Made by a program: the position numbers and the translations under genes. From NCBI GenBank assembly GCA_964450735.1, contig CAYVDC010000007.1:1374-65373 (forward strand): DNA of 64,000 nucleotides, written 5' to 3'. The notes beneath the pieces were generated by a model. The model was given only the letters and a program-made list of their open reading frames with translations, made no database searches and had not been told where the DNA came from. The stretch is from an uncultured Candidatus Saccharibacteria bacterium. GTDB taxonomy: Bacteria > Patescibacteriota > Minisyncoccia > Phycocordibacterales > UBA9973. Positions 36,341 through 45,979 of this stretch are shown here, piece after piece (position 1 is the stretch's first letter; every line of letters begins with the position of its first letter).

Positions 36341-38713
36341 TTACACAGATTCTTGTAGTGGTGTTTCAGGCTCTTCTGCTGGAGCAGCAGGAGTAGGGGT
36401 TTCTTCTGGAACTGGAGTGTCGATAACTGGATTTTCTAATGGTGGAACTACTTCTTGTGTTCCTTCTGTTGTAGGCTCGACAGGTTGCAGTTCTGGCTCA
36501 GGAACTGGATCAGGTTCAGGGGCAGGACTAGGAGCAGGGACAATAACTGCTGTTCCGCACTCACCCGCAGTTTTTACAAAATCACCGTTAGCCAGTGTTA
36601 CGCAGTATGGAAGATGAGAAACAGTATCGTACATTGTAAATCCAGACGGTGTTTCTGGTGTTCCAAAGACAATGCTTTTTACATGAAGTACCATATCTGC
36701 GAATCGGCTTGCGAGCGAACTTGTGTCGCCTATTCCCTGAATAGAAGAAATTTTTATATCAAGTTCCTGAACAGCCTTGGTTAATACTGGAATGATTCCA
36801 GTATAGTTAAGCGAAAGATATTTGCCTTCTGTTACCAAATCTGGGAGAACAGTGCGGACTTCCTGGGCTATGAAGCCGATCTGTGGAGATCCGTCGCTAA
36901 TCATTCGGTATGTTACAGGACGCAGTGAATTGATGGTTTGCAAACCGTATGAGCTCGATGAAATATTTTGTTTCAATCGTTGGTCAGAAGAAATATTCAA
37001 GCTTTGTGTAATAACTCCGGTTGCGAAGATTTTTCCATCAACCTGGAGAAGTGCAGACCCATCGTCGATCTGATTGTTAGTATTTTCAAAATTATTGATA
37101 CCGATTCCAACTTTTCCATTTTTCAAAATTGTAAGAGCATCACTGTCTGAGCCTGTCCCCACACCATTACCAACAACGAAGAGTCGGTCCCTTGCATCAA
37201 AATCCAACGGGTCAAATGGTGTATAGTTTGTAGTGCTCAATCCTACTGACACTTCCGCGAACGATTTTGAAGATAATCTATAACCAATTGCGGTTGAGAC
37301 CTTGCCGCTCGCGGTTGCCTGCTGACCCATTGCAGTAGCATACTGGCCACTTGCAACAGTACCACTACCAAACGCAGTTGAAGTCGAACCTGAAGCAAGC
37401 GTACTCTGTCCGAACGCAGTTGCATTTTCATTGCTTGCGACAGAACCTGTGCCAAACGCGGTTGAAGCGTCAGCGCTTGCCGTACTTGATATTCCAAAAG
37501 CAGTTGCACCTGTACTGGACGCTGTTGTGGCAAAACCAAACGCAGTAGAAGCTATCCCAATGGAATCAGTATCTACTCCAAAGGCCACTGAACCATCATC
37601 ACCGGCATAGGTATTTGTTCCAAACGCTACAGTAAAGCGACCAACTGCATCTGTATTGTAACCGAAGGCCACGGCATAATCCCCAGAAGCGTTATTGCCG
37701 GAACCGAACACTGTCGTAAAATCACCGCTAGAAATAGTTCCGCTTCCGAGCGCTACACTGTGAAGGCCTGAAGCAATTGGTGCATCCAAACCTCGATCAT
37801 TGTCAGCAAAACCGATAGCAACGGAACGGTTGCCAATGTTGCCACCTTGCCATAAGCTGCCATTGACTGAACCAAGGCGTATCGCTTTTTGATCATAATT
37901 GAAGAAGAATTTTTGTTCCTCATTGAATTGGGTTACTGGAGTCATCTGCCACTTTTCTCCATCAATATAATTTGAAGAAACAAATGTAACATATACTCCA
38001 TCCTGCAATAGATCTGGAACTCCCGCATTGATTGGATTTCCTGTTGAAACAGTTACACCATTCAAAGTAAAAGTATAATCCGTTCCGCTTGGTTCAATTA
38101 TTACTGCATATACATCTGTGATACTGGAACCTGTATATGGTCCTTCAAAACCGACATCAGGGAATGAGCCAAAGTTTATAGGATTAGTTGTTGGTCCGAC
38201 GATTATCGTTGTTCCAGTATTATTATTAAAACTATCTGAATTAAATATAAATCCATTGCTTTTTACAGCCAGGCGATTTTGCCCGAGCATAATTTCGTTA
38301 GCTTCACTGGTTACTGCTCCATTCCCAATTGCGAACGAATTTGCCTGGCTTGCTGTACTAGCAGTTCCAAGTGCAATATTACCGATTTGCCCGAATTTCG
38401 CCATTTGAGAATTGTTCGTCTTAATGACAAAATCGGCTGCATCCGTCGTCCCAACAAAATTCGTTGTTCCTCCGTCAGTGCCTGCGTTTCCGGTAAGCCC
38501 CCAACCAACACCGTCACCAGTATTTTGAAAACAATTAGAAGAACCAGGAGCGCAACCTGGGTCGAGAATAGAATCTCCGAACAAATACCCGCCAGATGGA
38601 GGAACCGTGCCTGGAGAAAGCTGCGCAGAAAAAACTACAGCCCCATAACCCAAAACTGACAATACAGCTACGGAAAGAGAGACGAATTTTTTATACGGAA
38701 AAGCACGGAACAT
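36341..38713 (-). CDS. secreted fibre-like surface protein, paralog 1: signal peptide, conserved Cys-containing N-module, Gly/Ala/Ser/Thr-rich repeats (Hep_Hag/beta-helix-like), peptidase S74 intramolecular chaperone autoproteolysis domain, Pro/Glu-rich C-terminal tail
   Basis: N-terminus VLGYGAVVFSAQLSPGTVPPSGGYLFGDSILDPGCAPGSSNCFQNTGDGVGWGLTGNAGTDGGTTNFVGTTDA. The repeat region has recurring ..ATAFG..STASG.. units. The S74 block is SDQRLKQNISSSSYGLQTINSLRPVTYRM...IGFIAQEV...PVLTKAVQEL. The tail is PAPSPAPEPDPVPEPELQPVEP... Confidence 0.75.
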   Translation of the reverse strand: MFRAFPYKKFVSLSVAVLSVLGYGAVVFSAQLSPGTVPPSGGYLFGDSILDPGCAPGSSNCFQNTGDGVGWGLTGNAGTDGGTTNFVGTTDAADFVIKTNNSQMAKFGQIGNIALGTASTASQANSFAIGNGAVTSEANEIMLGQNRLAVKSNGFIFNSDSFNNNTGTTIIVGPTTNPINFGSFPDVGFEGPYTGSSITDVYAVIIEPSGTDYTFTLNGVTVSTGNPINAGVPDLLQDGVYVTFVSSNYIDGEKWQMTPVTQFNEEQKFFFNYDQKAIRLGSVNGSLWQGGNIGNRSVAIGFADNDRGLDAPIASGLHSVALGSGTISSGDFTTVFGSGNNASGDYAVAFGYNTDAVGRFTVAFGTNTYAGDDGSVAFGVDTDSIGIASTAFGFATTASSTGATAFGISSTASADASTAFGTGSVASNENATAFGQSTLASGSTSTAFGSGTVASGQYATAMGQQATASGKVSTAIGYRLSSKSFAEVSVGLSTTNYTPFDPLDFDARDRLFVVGNGVGTGSDSDALTILKNGKVGIGINNFENTNNQIDDGSALLQVDGKIFATGVITQSLNISSDQRLKQNISSSSYGLQTINSLRPVTYRMISDGSPQIGFIAQEVRTVLPDLVTEGKYLSLNYTGIIPVLTKAVQELDIKISSIQGIGDTSSLASRFADMVLHVKSIVFGTPETPSGFTMYDTVSHLPYCVTLANGDFVKTAGECGTAVIVPAPSPAPEPDPVPEPELQPVEPTTEGTQEVVPPLENPVIDTPVPEETPTPAAPAEEPETPLQESV

Positions 38714-38807
38714 GTGCCTAAATTATATCATATTGGCTTGATAATACTAATAAAAAAGCCAGCCCCATTACTGGAAACTGGCTCTATAAAATTTAAAATC
38801 AAAGTTG

Positions 38808-40493
38808 TTACTGCACTACTACTTTTGCGGTAGTATCACCCGCTTTTAGGAAATAAATTCCTTTCGGCAAGTCTAATTGCAGTTGCTGTTTTGGAGAAGT
38901 AAGCTGATACGAAATCTGCTTGCTACCAATTACGTCATAAACATCTACCTTACCCAGGTTACGATAATCCTCGCTGGTTACAAAAAATGTACCATTATTA
39001 GGATTTGGGAATACTGTAAATGCGGTTTTAGAAACCGAAGCAACACCGGTCGGCGTGGCTATGGCAGGATATGTTTCAACCCGTAATTTGCTTGCATCCG
39101 CTCCGAACATCTCTGCTCGTATACCAGCGGGGAATTTGTAAATAAGGTTGTTGTACCTCATTTTCATATCAACCGTAGTGCCAGCAGGGATCGTTCCCTG
39201 TTGTACATACTGCACAGCTTTACTTTCAACCTGCAATGAGTTATCCGATGCATCAGGATTAAATATTTCTATTACTGAATTTTGGACAACCGTATCGAAT
39301 GGCGCTGCGCCAAGCGTGAACGGATTGTTTGCAGTACTGCTTACATAATACATCGGCAACCGCATGTCGGGGCCAATCTGCACATCTCTGTTTTGAGCAG
39401 GAATGTGTGTAGTAGCGAAATATTTCTCTTTCCAAAAAACGGAGCTCGCTAGATCAATCTGATTTCCATTTACGATAGCGAAATTAAATTTCGTAAAAAT
39501 CGTCATCAAGGCTGAATCTGACGCTCCAGGAAACATGTTTCTGAACACATCGAGCAACGCATCGATACCTACAGTATCACCAGCATGCCTGCCGTCATTA
39601 AAGGCTTGTGCCGCTTGAGCGGTACCAGTGTCGATAATAAACGTTGGAAACACATAACTAAACGTTATGGATTGTCCTGGAAGGAGTTTTAATTTTCCGT
39701 CCATATCCATAGTAGGAAACTGCTCCATTGGTGCGTAGGTTACTGGGTTGCGAGTGAAGAAATCTGCATACATCTCATTGCTAACTTCTGTTAGTTCGTA
39801 ACAGGAACGCGTTGGTGTTGTATAGCAATATCTTTTGGATGAATCCAGCCAAGAACGATGTTGAATGATATCTTCGGCAGACATGTAATTGTCGATCGTA
39901 CCGGGAACCTTATCCAAGGACCGCGGCTCGCCATCATCAGTATCAACCAAAATAGTATCGTTATTGTGGAACAATTCACCAAGGGTATGACCCTCGGTAG
40001 TCACAATACGCAGTGAGTCAGCTGAAATCATTCCTGTTTCCACCGCTACATGGTTGAAGAAGTTTTCACGTTCTCCGCACATGTGCGAGGCATTAGCCAG
40101 AAAAAATCCGCATGGGGTAAACTGCTTGCGTGCAACAAACCGGTCGAATCCATTGGGGCCGTACGAAGTGTACTCGGGATTCCGCAGGTGTACGATGTAC
40201 GGGCTTTTAACAAGCCTGGTCATCTCTCTGGTAAATCCGAAGGGGTCGCCTGTTGAAGCCATGTGATCATAATATGTTTGCTTGGTAGCAAAAATTATAT
40301 TATCACTGTCTTCAAACTGGGTTAGTAGGTAGAACTCCATGGGTACTGAATCGGTGTTTTGAATCGTCACACTAAAGCTGTCATTCGGGTTTGGAACATT
40401 CGCCGGAAAGCCTTTGAATAGTTCAACAACTTGTGCGTGTGAGGTAAAGGTAAAAAGCATTGCGGCAAAAGCCAGTAGATAGAATTTTTTCAT
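38808..40493 (-). CDS. secreted protein with C-terminal T9SS-type (Por) sorting domain
   Basis: Signal peptide MKKFYLLAFAAMLFTFTSHAQ. Last ~70 aa FPNPNNGTFFVTSEDYRNLGKVDVYDVIGSKQISYQLTSPKQQLQLDLPKGIYFLKAGDTTAKVVVQ match the Por_Secre_tail pattern (NP..., YD..G, LP.G(I/V)YF.K, K.V..). Confidence 0.6.
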   Translation of the reverse strand: MKKFYLLAFAAMLFTFTSHAQVVELFKGFPANVPNPNDSFSVTIQNTDSVPMEFYLLTQFEDSDNIIFATKQTYYDHMASTGDPFGFTREMTRLVKSPYIVHLRNPEYTSYGPNGFDRFVARKQFTPCGFFLANASHMCGERENFFNHVAVETGMISADSLRIVTTEGHTLGELFHNNDTILVDTDDGEPRSLDKVPGTIDNYMSAEDIIQHRSWLDSSKRYCYTTPTRSCYELTEVSNEMYADFFTRNPVTYAPMEQFPTMDMDGKLKLLPGQSITFSYVFPTFIIDTGTAQAAQAFNDGRHAGDTVGIDALLDVFRNMFPGASDSALMTIFTKFNFAIVNGNQIDLASSVFWKEKYFATTHIPAQNRDVQIGPDMRLPMYYVSSTANNPFTLGAAPFDTVVQNSVIEIFNPDASDNSLQVESKAVQYVQQGTIPAGTTVDMKMRYNNLIYKFPAGIRAEMFGADASKLRVETYPAIATPTGVASVSKTAFTVFPNPNNGTFFVTSEDYRNLGKVDVYDVIGSKQISYQLTSPKQQLQLDLPKGIYFLKAGDTTAKVVVQ

Positions 40494-40580
40494 TGTGTAA
40501 AGTGGTTATTGGTTATGTAAAATAATTTTTAGACTGACTTATACTATGCCACAAAATGGTAAATTTTACAAGACCTACCA

Positions 40581-40606
40581 AAAACCCCTCTAATAGAGGG
40601 GTTTTT
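40581..40606. terminator. terminator downstream of fibre paralog 2
   Basis: AAAACCCCTCTA-ata-GAGGGGTTTTT. Confidence 0.55.
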
Positions 40607-40613
40607 GGAATGA

Positions 40614-43229
40614 TTATGATGCAGGAGCGATTTCTGGAGTAGGTTCTGGGGCAGGTTCAGAAGCTGGTTCTGGAGCAGGTTCTGGGGTTGGTTCTACGGT
40701 AGGTTCTGGAGTTGGTTCTAGTGTCGGTGGGGTTTCTACCAGCGGCTCTTCTGTCACCGTTTCCGGCTGAGGTTCTGTCGGGGTTTCCGAAACAACTGGT
40801 TCTTCTTGCGGAACTGGTTGCTGTGTCTGGCCGCCAGAATTATAGTTGTTTTGCTGAGGCAATAGCTGCTTGAGCTGCTGAAGTTGCGCACGTGTTATAC
40901 ATTCATCCGCATATCCTTCTTCTGACAAACAAATTTCATGAGTAAATATTCGCGCGATGCCATTGCTTGCATTTCCCAACCATCCGCTGATCGATGACAA
41001 AAATGTGCTGCTTGGGGTTGTAAGAGTATCCATTGAAGCTACTTTCAAATTGAGCTCTTGGACTGATTTAATGAGCAACGGGATAAATGTCTTGTAATCA
41101 ACCATCATATATCCATCTGTTCGATGACCTACAGCCTCTGGATAGAGTGGCTCAACTTGCTGCGCCAAGACTCCGGTATGCTGCTTATTATTGTCATTGA
41201 TGATAGATTGATCGTACATAAAATCAACCACTCTGATATTTTTCAAAACATCCAAACCGTATGAGGTATCAATGATATTTTGTTTTGTGCGCTGGTCGGA
41301 AGGAGCGGTCGTATCAATTGTGTTTGTTCCAATATAGAGAGTAGATGAGCCTGAACCGCTAGTAACGTCGCTAATCTTGTTGCTATCGCTATCAACACCA
41401 ATACGGAGACCAGTACGGAAAAAGTTCTGTGCTTCAGCATCGTCAATAAAGAGAGCATACTCCATACCTGAAGTCCCCTGGAGTGACGCATTGCTGAAAT
41501 AAATACCATAGACATCCGCAGCAGTCAGTGAAGGAACATCCGTTACACCATCAAAGGTGCTGCTGAAATTTATACCTTTGATTAAGTTTATTGCTTCAAT
41601 ACCTGGCTGATAGACACTTCCTTGCATTCCAGAAGAAAAGTTGATTCCATTCGTACTAAAAATAGAACCGGTGTTTCGAATGAACGAAGTAAGATGCATA
41701 ACGTCCGCATTATTAACAATACCTCCACTCTGTACAGTCACTCGAGCATCAATTCCAAAAGCATTATTGATGGTTGCGCCCGAAACGTTACTTGAAACCA
41801 CACTGTTGATTCCATATGCAGTATTTACGACTCCGGTTGCACTTAAGTTGGTTACACTGCCGTTAATTCCTTTCATGGCGTTAACAGTTCCTGTTCCCAA
41901 ATTTCCCGCCAGATTGTTTAAGCCATACAAATTATCAATATTGCCGGAACCTTGATGAAGTGCAGTACTATTGATACCGTTCATATTACTGATTGTTCCA
42001 GATGAAGTAGGGCTTGAAGCAACAGAAGCAGTAATACCCGCTATTCCACCAGTACCTGAGGCAGTAGAAACGTTAAAAGCGCCACCGTCCCAAACTGTTG
42101 AACCTGAGAGCGTAGAATATGCGGTATTGGTTGTATTTCCGGTAGCAGTCAAGGTGCCTTCAAATGTATTAAAGGTTCGGTTTGTAGAAGATGCAACTTC
42201 TGTAGATGCAATACCTCTGAAGCGGCCATTTAATTTCAAACGAATTGAAGTTGCATCAGAATCTCCTTCCCAGTTATTGATGCCGAATGCCGAGTTTCCA
42301 TTTTTTAGAATAGTAAACGCATCATTTTTGTCTGGCCATACACCCAATAGTGAATTATTGCCCGAGTCATTATCTCCATTACCGATACTAAACACCCGGT
42401 CTGTCGGTGACAAAAATTGCCCCAAACCAAGTGGAGTCGGTGTGTAATCTGTTCCATATGCACCAATAGATGTTTCATATGCAGAACGAGCGAAACTGCT
42501 CTGTCCAAAAGCAGTTGAAGCATAACCCGAGGCAATAGTGTCATAACCAAAAGCTGTCGAAGCAGAGTTGCTTGCTAATGTACCCTGACCAAAAGCAGTT
42601 GAGTCTGAGCCTGAAGCGGTATTGCTTGTTCCAAACGCGGTTGCGTTTTCTTCAATAGCACTTGTTCGGTCTCCAAATGCAGTAGCATATGGGCCAGTCG
42701 CCTTTGTACCAACGCCCCATGCAGTCGAAAGCTGTCCAGAAGCAAAAGGATAATCATAGTTACCTGTGCTTCCGCCCCACGCCATCGCTCCTTGTCCAGA
42801 CGCTGTTACTGCAATATTGCCATTAGTATCTGGTCCAACAAGAACACCATCAGTGTAATTTCCAAATGCGATATTTCCATTTTGGCCAAACCGGCCTATT
42901 TCTGCTCCATTGGTTTTTACAACAAAATCTACAGCATCAGTTGTTCCGATGAAATTTGTTGTTCCTCCGTCAGTTCCTGCATCACCGGTAAGAGCCCACC
43001 CCACACCATCCCCAGTATTTTGATAACAGTTGGCACTGCCCGGAGCACATCCTGGATTGAGAATACTGTCACCTGCTGCATATCCGCCACTTGGTGGCGT
43101 TGTGCCATCAGCTAGTTGCGCACCAAACACAACCACTCCATATCCGACAATGGAAAGCAGTGTGATAAAAAAAGAAAGAATCTTTCGGTGGGAAAAAAAC
43201 AATGATTTCATGTACAAAAAGTATACCAC
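40614..43229 (-). CDS. secreted fibre-like surface protein, paralog 2 (same architecture as paralog 1; 871 aa)
   Basis: Conserved N-module LSIVGYGVVVFGAQLADGTTPPSGGYAAGDSILNPGCAPGSANCYQNTGDGVGWALTGDAGTDGGTTNFIGTTDA. Gly/Thr/Asn-rich repeats. S74 block SDQRTKQNIIDTSYGLDVLKNIRVVDFMY...TGVLAQQVE...IPLLIKSVQELNLK. Pro-rich tail PEPTVEPTPEPAPEPASEPAPEPTPE. Confidence 0.75.
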   Translation of the reverse strand: MVYFLYMKSLFFSHRKILSFFITLLSIVGYGVVVFGAQLADGTTPPSGGYAAGDSILNPGCAPGSANCYQNTGDGVGWALTGDAGTDGGTTNFIGTTDAVDFVVKTNGAEIGRFGQNGNIAFGNYTDGVLVGPDTNGNIAVTASGQGAMAWGGSTGNYDYPFASGQLSTAWGVGTKATGPYATAFGDRTSAIEENATAFGTSNTASGSDSTAFGQGTLASNSASTAFGYDTIASGYASTAFGQSSFARSAYETSIGAYGTDYTPTPLGLGQFLSPTDRVFSIGNGDNDSGNNSLLGVWPDKNDAFTILKNGNSAFGINNWEGDSDATSIRLKLNGRFRGIASTEVASSTNRTFNTFEGTLTATGNTTNTAYSTLSGSTVWDGGAFNVSTASGTGGIAGITASVASSPTSSGTISNMNGINSTALHQGSGNIDNLYGLNNLAGNLGTGTVNAMKGINGSVTNLSATGVVNTAYGINSVVSSNVSGATINNAFGIDARVTVQSGGIVNNADVMHLTSFIRNTGSIFSTNGINFSSGMQGSVYQPGIEAINLIKGINFSSTFDGVTDVPSLTAADVYGIYFSNASLQGTSGMEYALFIDDAEAQNFFRTGLRIGVDSDSNKISDVTSGSGSSTLYIGTNTIDTTAPSDQRTKQNIIDTSYGLDVLKNIRVVDFMYDQSIINDNNKQHTGVLAQQVEPLYPEAVGHRTDGYMMVDYKTFIPLLIKSVQELNLKVASMDTLTTPSSTFLSSISGWLGNASNGIARIFTHEICLSEEGYADECITRAQLQQLKQLLPQQNNYNSGGQTQQPVPQEEPVVSETPTEPQPETVTEEPLVETPPTLEPTPEPTVEPTPEPAPEPASEPAPEPTPEIAPAS

Positions 43230-43254
43230 AAAATGGTATATCAGTGCTTGTGGA

Positions 43255-45060
43255 TTAACGAATTTGCCAGCCCTCGTGGCCTTCGATCACCTTCTGAATG
43301 CTTTCCATGATTGGATTTATCTCTGCATCGGTCAATGTTCGGTCTATAGCCTGGAAAACAAGGTGAAATGCATATGAGGTTCGCCCTTCTTTGGTAAATT
43401 GGTCGAAGAGGTCTGGCTCGCGCGCAAGAAGAGCGGTTCCCAATTTTGTATACAGCGACTTTAATTCTTCTGAAGTTACACTTTCTGGGACCCAGACAGC
43501 AATATCGCGGGAAATAAATGGGTACTGGCTCCACTGAATAAAATGCTGCGTATTTTCATTTGTCGGAAGAATTTTTTCGTATGAATCCCCTGCGGTTATC
43601 ACATTCTTTTCGCAGAATTCTTCGAGGGTCATTTCTATTACTCCTTTTTTGTCTGCAAAAGCAACATGAACAATCTCGCCTTCTTTTGGAAACACCGTTC
43701 CAATTTCAAAAATCTTCATGTCAGAAATTCCAAGGAGCGGCGCATTCAAGCGATTCATTTCATATGCCTCTTTCAGTCCTTCTGCGAGGTCTGTTCTGAG
43801 CGCACCTTTATCGCCAACCCCGCGCGCAACTTCGAATATTCCCTTTTTGCGGAATGCATAGGTGATCGTTTCGCGGTAACCATCAGCAACAAGCTTTGCG
43901 CGAGCTGCATTCATTTTGTAAAAAATTTCGTTCTTTTTTGGATTTGGAGGTAGTTCAACTGGAACAGCCTGGATTTTTTCTAATCCATACAGTCTTGCAA
44001 CTTCTTCGGCAATGTCGTGCTGTCCGGTGAGATCAAGACGTAGATATGGAACAGCCAATGTCCCAATATCTCCTACTCCGGATATCTGATATCCATAATC
44101 AGTCAGTATCTTTATTATTTCCCCTTCCGTGAGAGCAGTGCCAAGATACTTATTTATTTTAGAAATTGAAAAATTCACTACGCGACCAATTTCAGGTTTT
44201 GGGTAGACGTCGACGATTTCTTCAAAAACAGCATCAGGACACATTTCAGCAATAACTGCACTCAAGTCGCGCATTCCCCATGGAGCATGTTCAGCAAAAA
44301 GATCATTCTCAAATCGCTTTGCAGAATCAGAAAGCAAGTTCAAACGACGTGCAGTTTTACGAACAGCGACAGGATCAAAGTTCGCGACTTCGAGAACAAT
44401 GTCAGTCGTTGTGTCAGTAACTCCAGAATCAAGTCCCCCCTTCACCCCTGCAAGCGCGAGCGGTTTTACAAAATCCATAACCACAGTATCCGTAGCTTTC
44501 AATTTGGCGACTACTTGCTCACGTCCGAGAACCGGCAGCTCCTGTCCTTCGCTGGCATTGGTAATACGAATGCCTCCTTCAATTTTTGAAAGATCAAACG
44601 CATGGCATGGCTGTCCGCAATCGTACATGACCAGGTTTGTTGCGTCGACGATGTTATTAATCGAGCGTTGGCCGATTGATTCGAGATGCTTCACTATCCA
44701 TTCCGGTGATGGACCAACTTTGATATTGCGAACTATTCGCCCCATATATCGTCGGCAATTTTCTGTTTGAATTTCAATTTTGAGTTCAGTTGGTTTTGAT
44801 TCTGGAACTTTATAGAGAGGAGTTGGGTCTTTGAATTTGAAACCGAGAAGTCCGGCGACTTCTTTTGCCACGCCGTGGTGCGAAAGCAAATCATGTGCAC
44901 GGTTTGGAAGAATATTCAAATCCAAAACAGTATCGCCGTTCGGCAATTTTTCGATGCCTTCCACTTCGCAGAGTTTGAACGTCAAAATATCTGCCAACAC
45001 TTCAGGAGTTGGAAGCTCGCCGTCTACATACCATTTAAGCCAGTCGTAAGAAATTTTCAT
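43255..45060 (-). CDS. pheT: phenylalanyl-tRNA synthetase beta subunit (short form, 601 aa)
   Basis: MKISYDWLKWYVDGELPTPEVLADILTFKLCEVEG is the PheT N-terminus; B3/4 and B5 regions recognisable. Confidence 0.9.
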   Translation of the reverse strand: MKISYDWLKWYVDGELPTPEVLADILTFKLCEVEGIEKLPNGDTVLDLNILPNRAHDLLSHHGVAKEVAGLLGFKFKDPTPLYKVPESKPTELKIEIQTENCRRYMGRIVRNIKVGPSPEWIVKHLESIGQRSINNIVDATNLVMYDCGQPCHAFDLSKIEGGIRITNASEGQELPVLGREQVVAKLKATDTVVMDFVKPLALAGVKGGLDSGVTDTTTDIVLEVANFDPVAVRKTARRLNLLSDSAKRFENDLFAEHAPWGMRDLSAVIAEMCPDAVFEEIVDVYPKPEIGRVVNFSISKINKYLGTALTEGEIIKILTDYGYQISGVGDIGTLAVPYLRLDLTGQHDIAEEVARLYGLEKIQAVPVELPPNPKKNEIFYKMNAARAKLVADGYRETITYAFRKKGIFEVARGVGDKGALRTDLAEGLKEAYEMNRLNAPLLGISDMKIFEIGTVFPKEGEIVHVAFADKKGVIEMTLEEFCEKNVITAGDSYEKILPTNENTQHFIQWSQYPFISRDIAVWVPESVTSEELKSLYTKLGTALLAREPDLFDQFTKEGRTSYAFHLVFQAIDRTLTDAEINPIMESIQKVIEGHEGWQIR

Positions 45061-45063
45061 AAC

Positions 45064-45966
45064 TTATAAATCAAAAAAATCAGTATCGATTTTATATATT
45101 TTTAACTCTTGTTCTTGGGTTACCCCTAAACCAACACTAAGCATTAACTCGGCCAGCTTTTCCCCATTAATAAGCACAATCTGAACATGGGAAATTGCAG
45201 CAACAGAAACAGCATCATTATTGAAATCAGAGGTAGTAATAAAAACGCCTTTCTTTGCATTTTTACCTAAAATATCTCCGATAAATTGCGACACTTCCCT
45301 TCGGCCAACCTTATTACCCCATCTTTTGGCTTGTACATATATTTTTTCAAACCCGAGATGGTCCCCCTTAATAATACCATCTATACCACCATCACTTGTA
45401 TAGCGGGTAACTTCGCCGACGCCGTACCCCATTTTAACCAATAAATCTACGACTAATTTTTCAAATAATTGAGGATGCATGGATGCCACTTTTTCCAAAA
45501 TCTCTTCCTTTACAAGATCATTGATTTTGTTTACATTGGCAATTATATTTTCTTGAGGAGTAATATTTGAATCTTCCGAAACATCTTCGCCTTCGCTCCT
45601 ATTTTTTTCATCCTTATTTCCCCAGGTCTTCACATCCCAAAAATCAGGAAATTTCTTTAGATCTTTGACACTTAAACTTGTTAGGTTTTGTTTTAGTAGA
45701 TCTAGCCCCCTTTCTGTAATAATATATTTCCTTTTCTCCTGTGTTTTATCTATCAGCTTCGCTTTAAAAATAAAAGTTCTTGCCCATGCCAGTCTGTCGA
45801 GAAAAATTTTTCTTCCTGGAGTGTTTGGATATTGGGCGTTTTTATCTTCATCAGTCAAATGAACCTTTTGGGCAATAACATCTTCAAAAACCTGCCAATC
45901 ATGCGGCTGGCCATCCTTAAAGCATTCTAATAATGGGAGCATCAGCTCATTAAATTTGGGAATCAT
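45064..45966 (-). CDS. mrr: Mrr-family restriction endonuclease (Mrr_N winged-helix + Mrr_cat PD-(D/E)xK nuclease)
   Basis: The C-terminal block EKLVVDLLVKMGYG...YTSDGGIDGIIKGDHLGFEKIYVQAKRW is the Mrr_cat signature (D...IDG...E.K, VQAKR). The N-terminal winged-helix-like region (MIPKFNELMLPLLECFKDGQPH...) resembles Mrr_N. The gene sits 4 nt from the pheT start and 14 nt from the pheS stop. Confidence 0.8.
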   Translation of the reverse strand: MIPKFNELMLPLLECFKDGQPHDWQVFEDVIAQKVHLTDEDKNAQYPNTPGRKIFLDRLAWARTFIFKAKLIDKTQEKRKYIITERGLDLLKQNLTSLSVKDLKKFPDFWDVKTWGNKDEKNRSEGEDVSEDSNITPQENIIANVNKINDLVKEEILEKVASMHPQLFEKLVVDLLVKMGYGVGEVTRYTSDGGIDGIIKGDHLGFEKIYVQAKRWGNKVGRREVSQFIGDILGKNAKKGVFITTSDFNNDAVSVAAISHVQIVLINGEKLAELMLSVGLGVTQEQELKIYKIDTDFFDL

Positions 45967-45979
45967 AAAAATTATTTAT

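Noticed and set aside
41243-43377. Several 80-160-aa ORFs on both strands inside fibre paralog 2 (similar ones lie inside paralogs 1 and 3 and the collagen-like gene, e.g. 37243-37539, 58587-58856, 61531-62433)
   Set aside because: They arise because the Gly/Ala/Thr-rich repetitive coding DNA lacks stops in alternative frames. The products are low-complexity (Q/L/V/P runs) and sit inside the large ORF, which has a coherent domain architecture.
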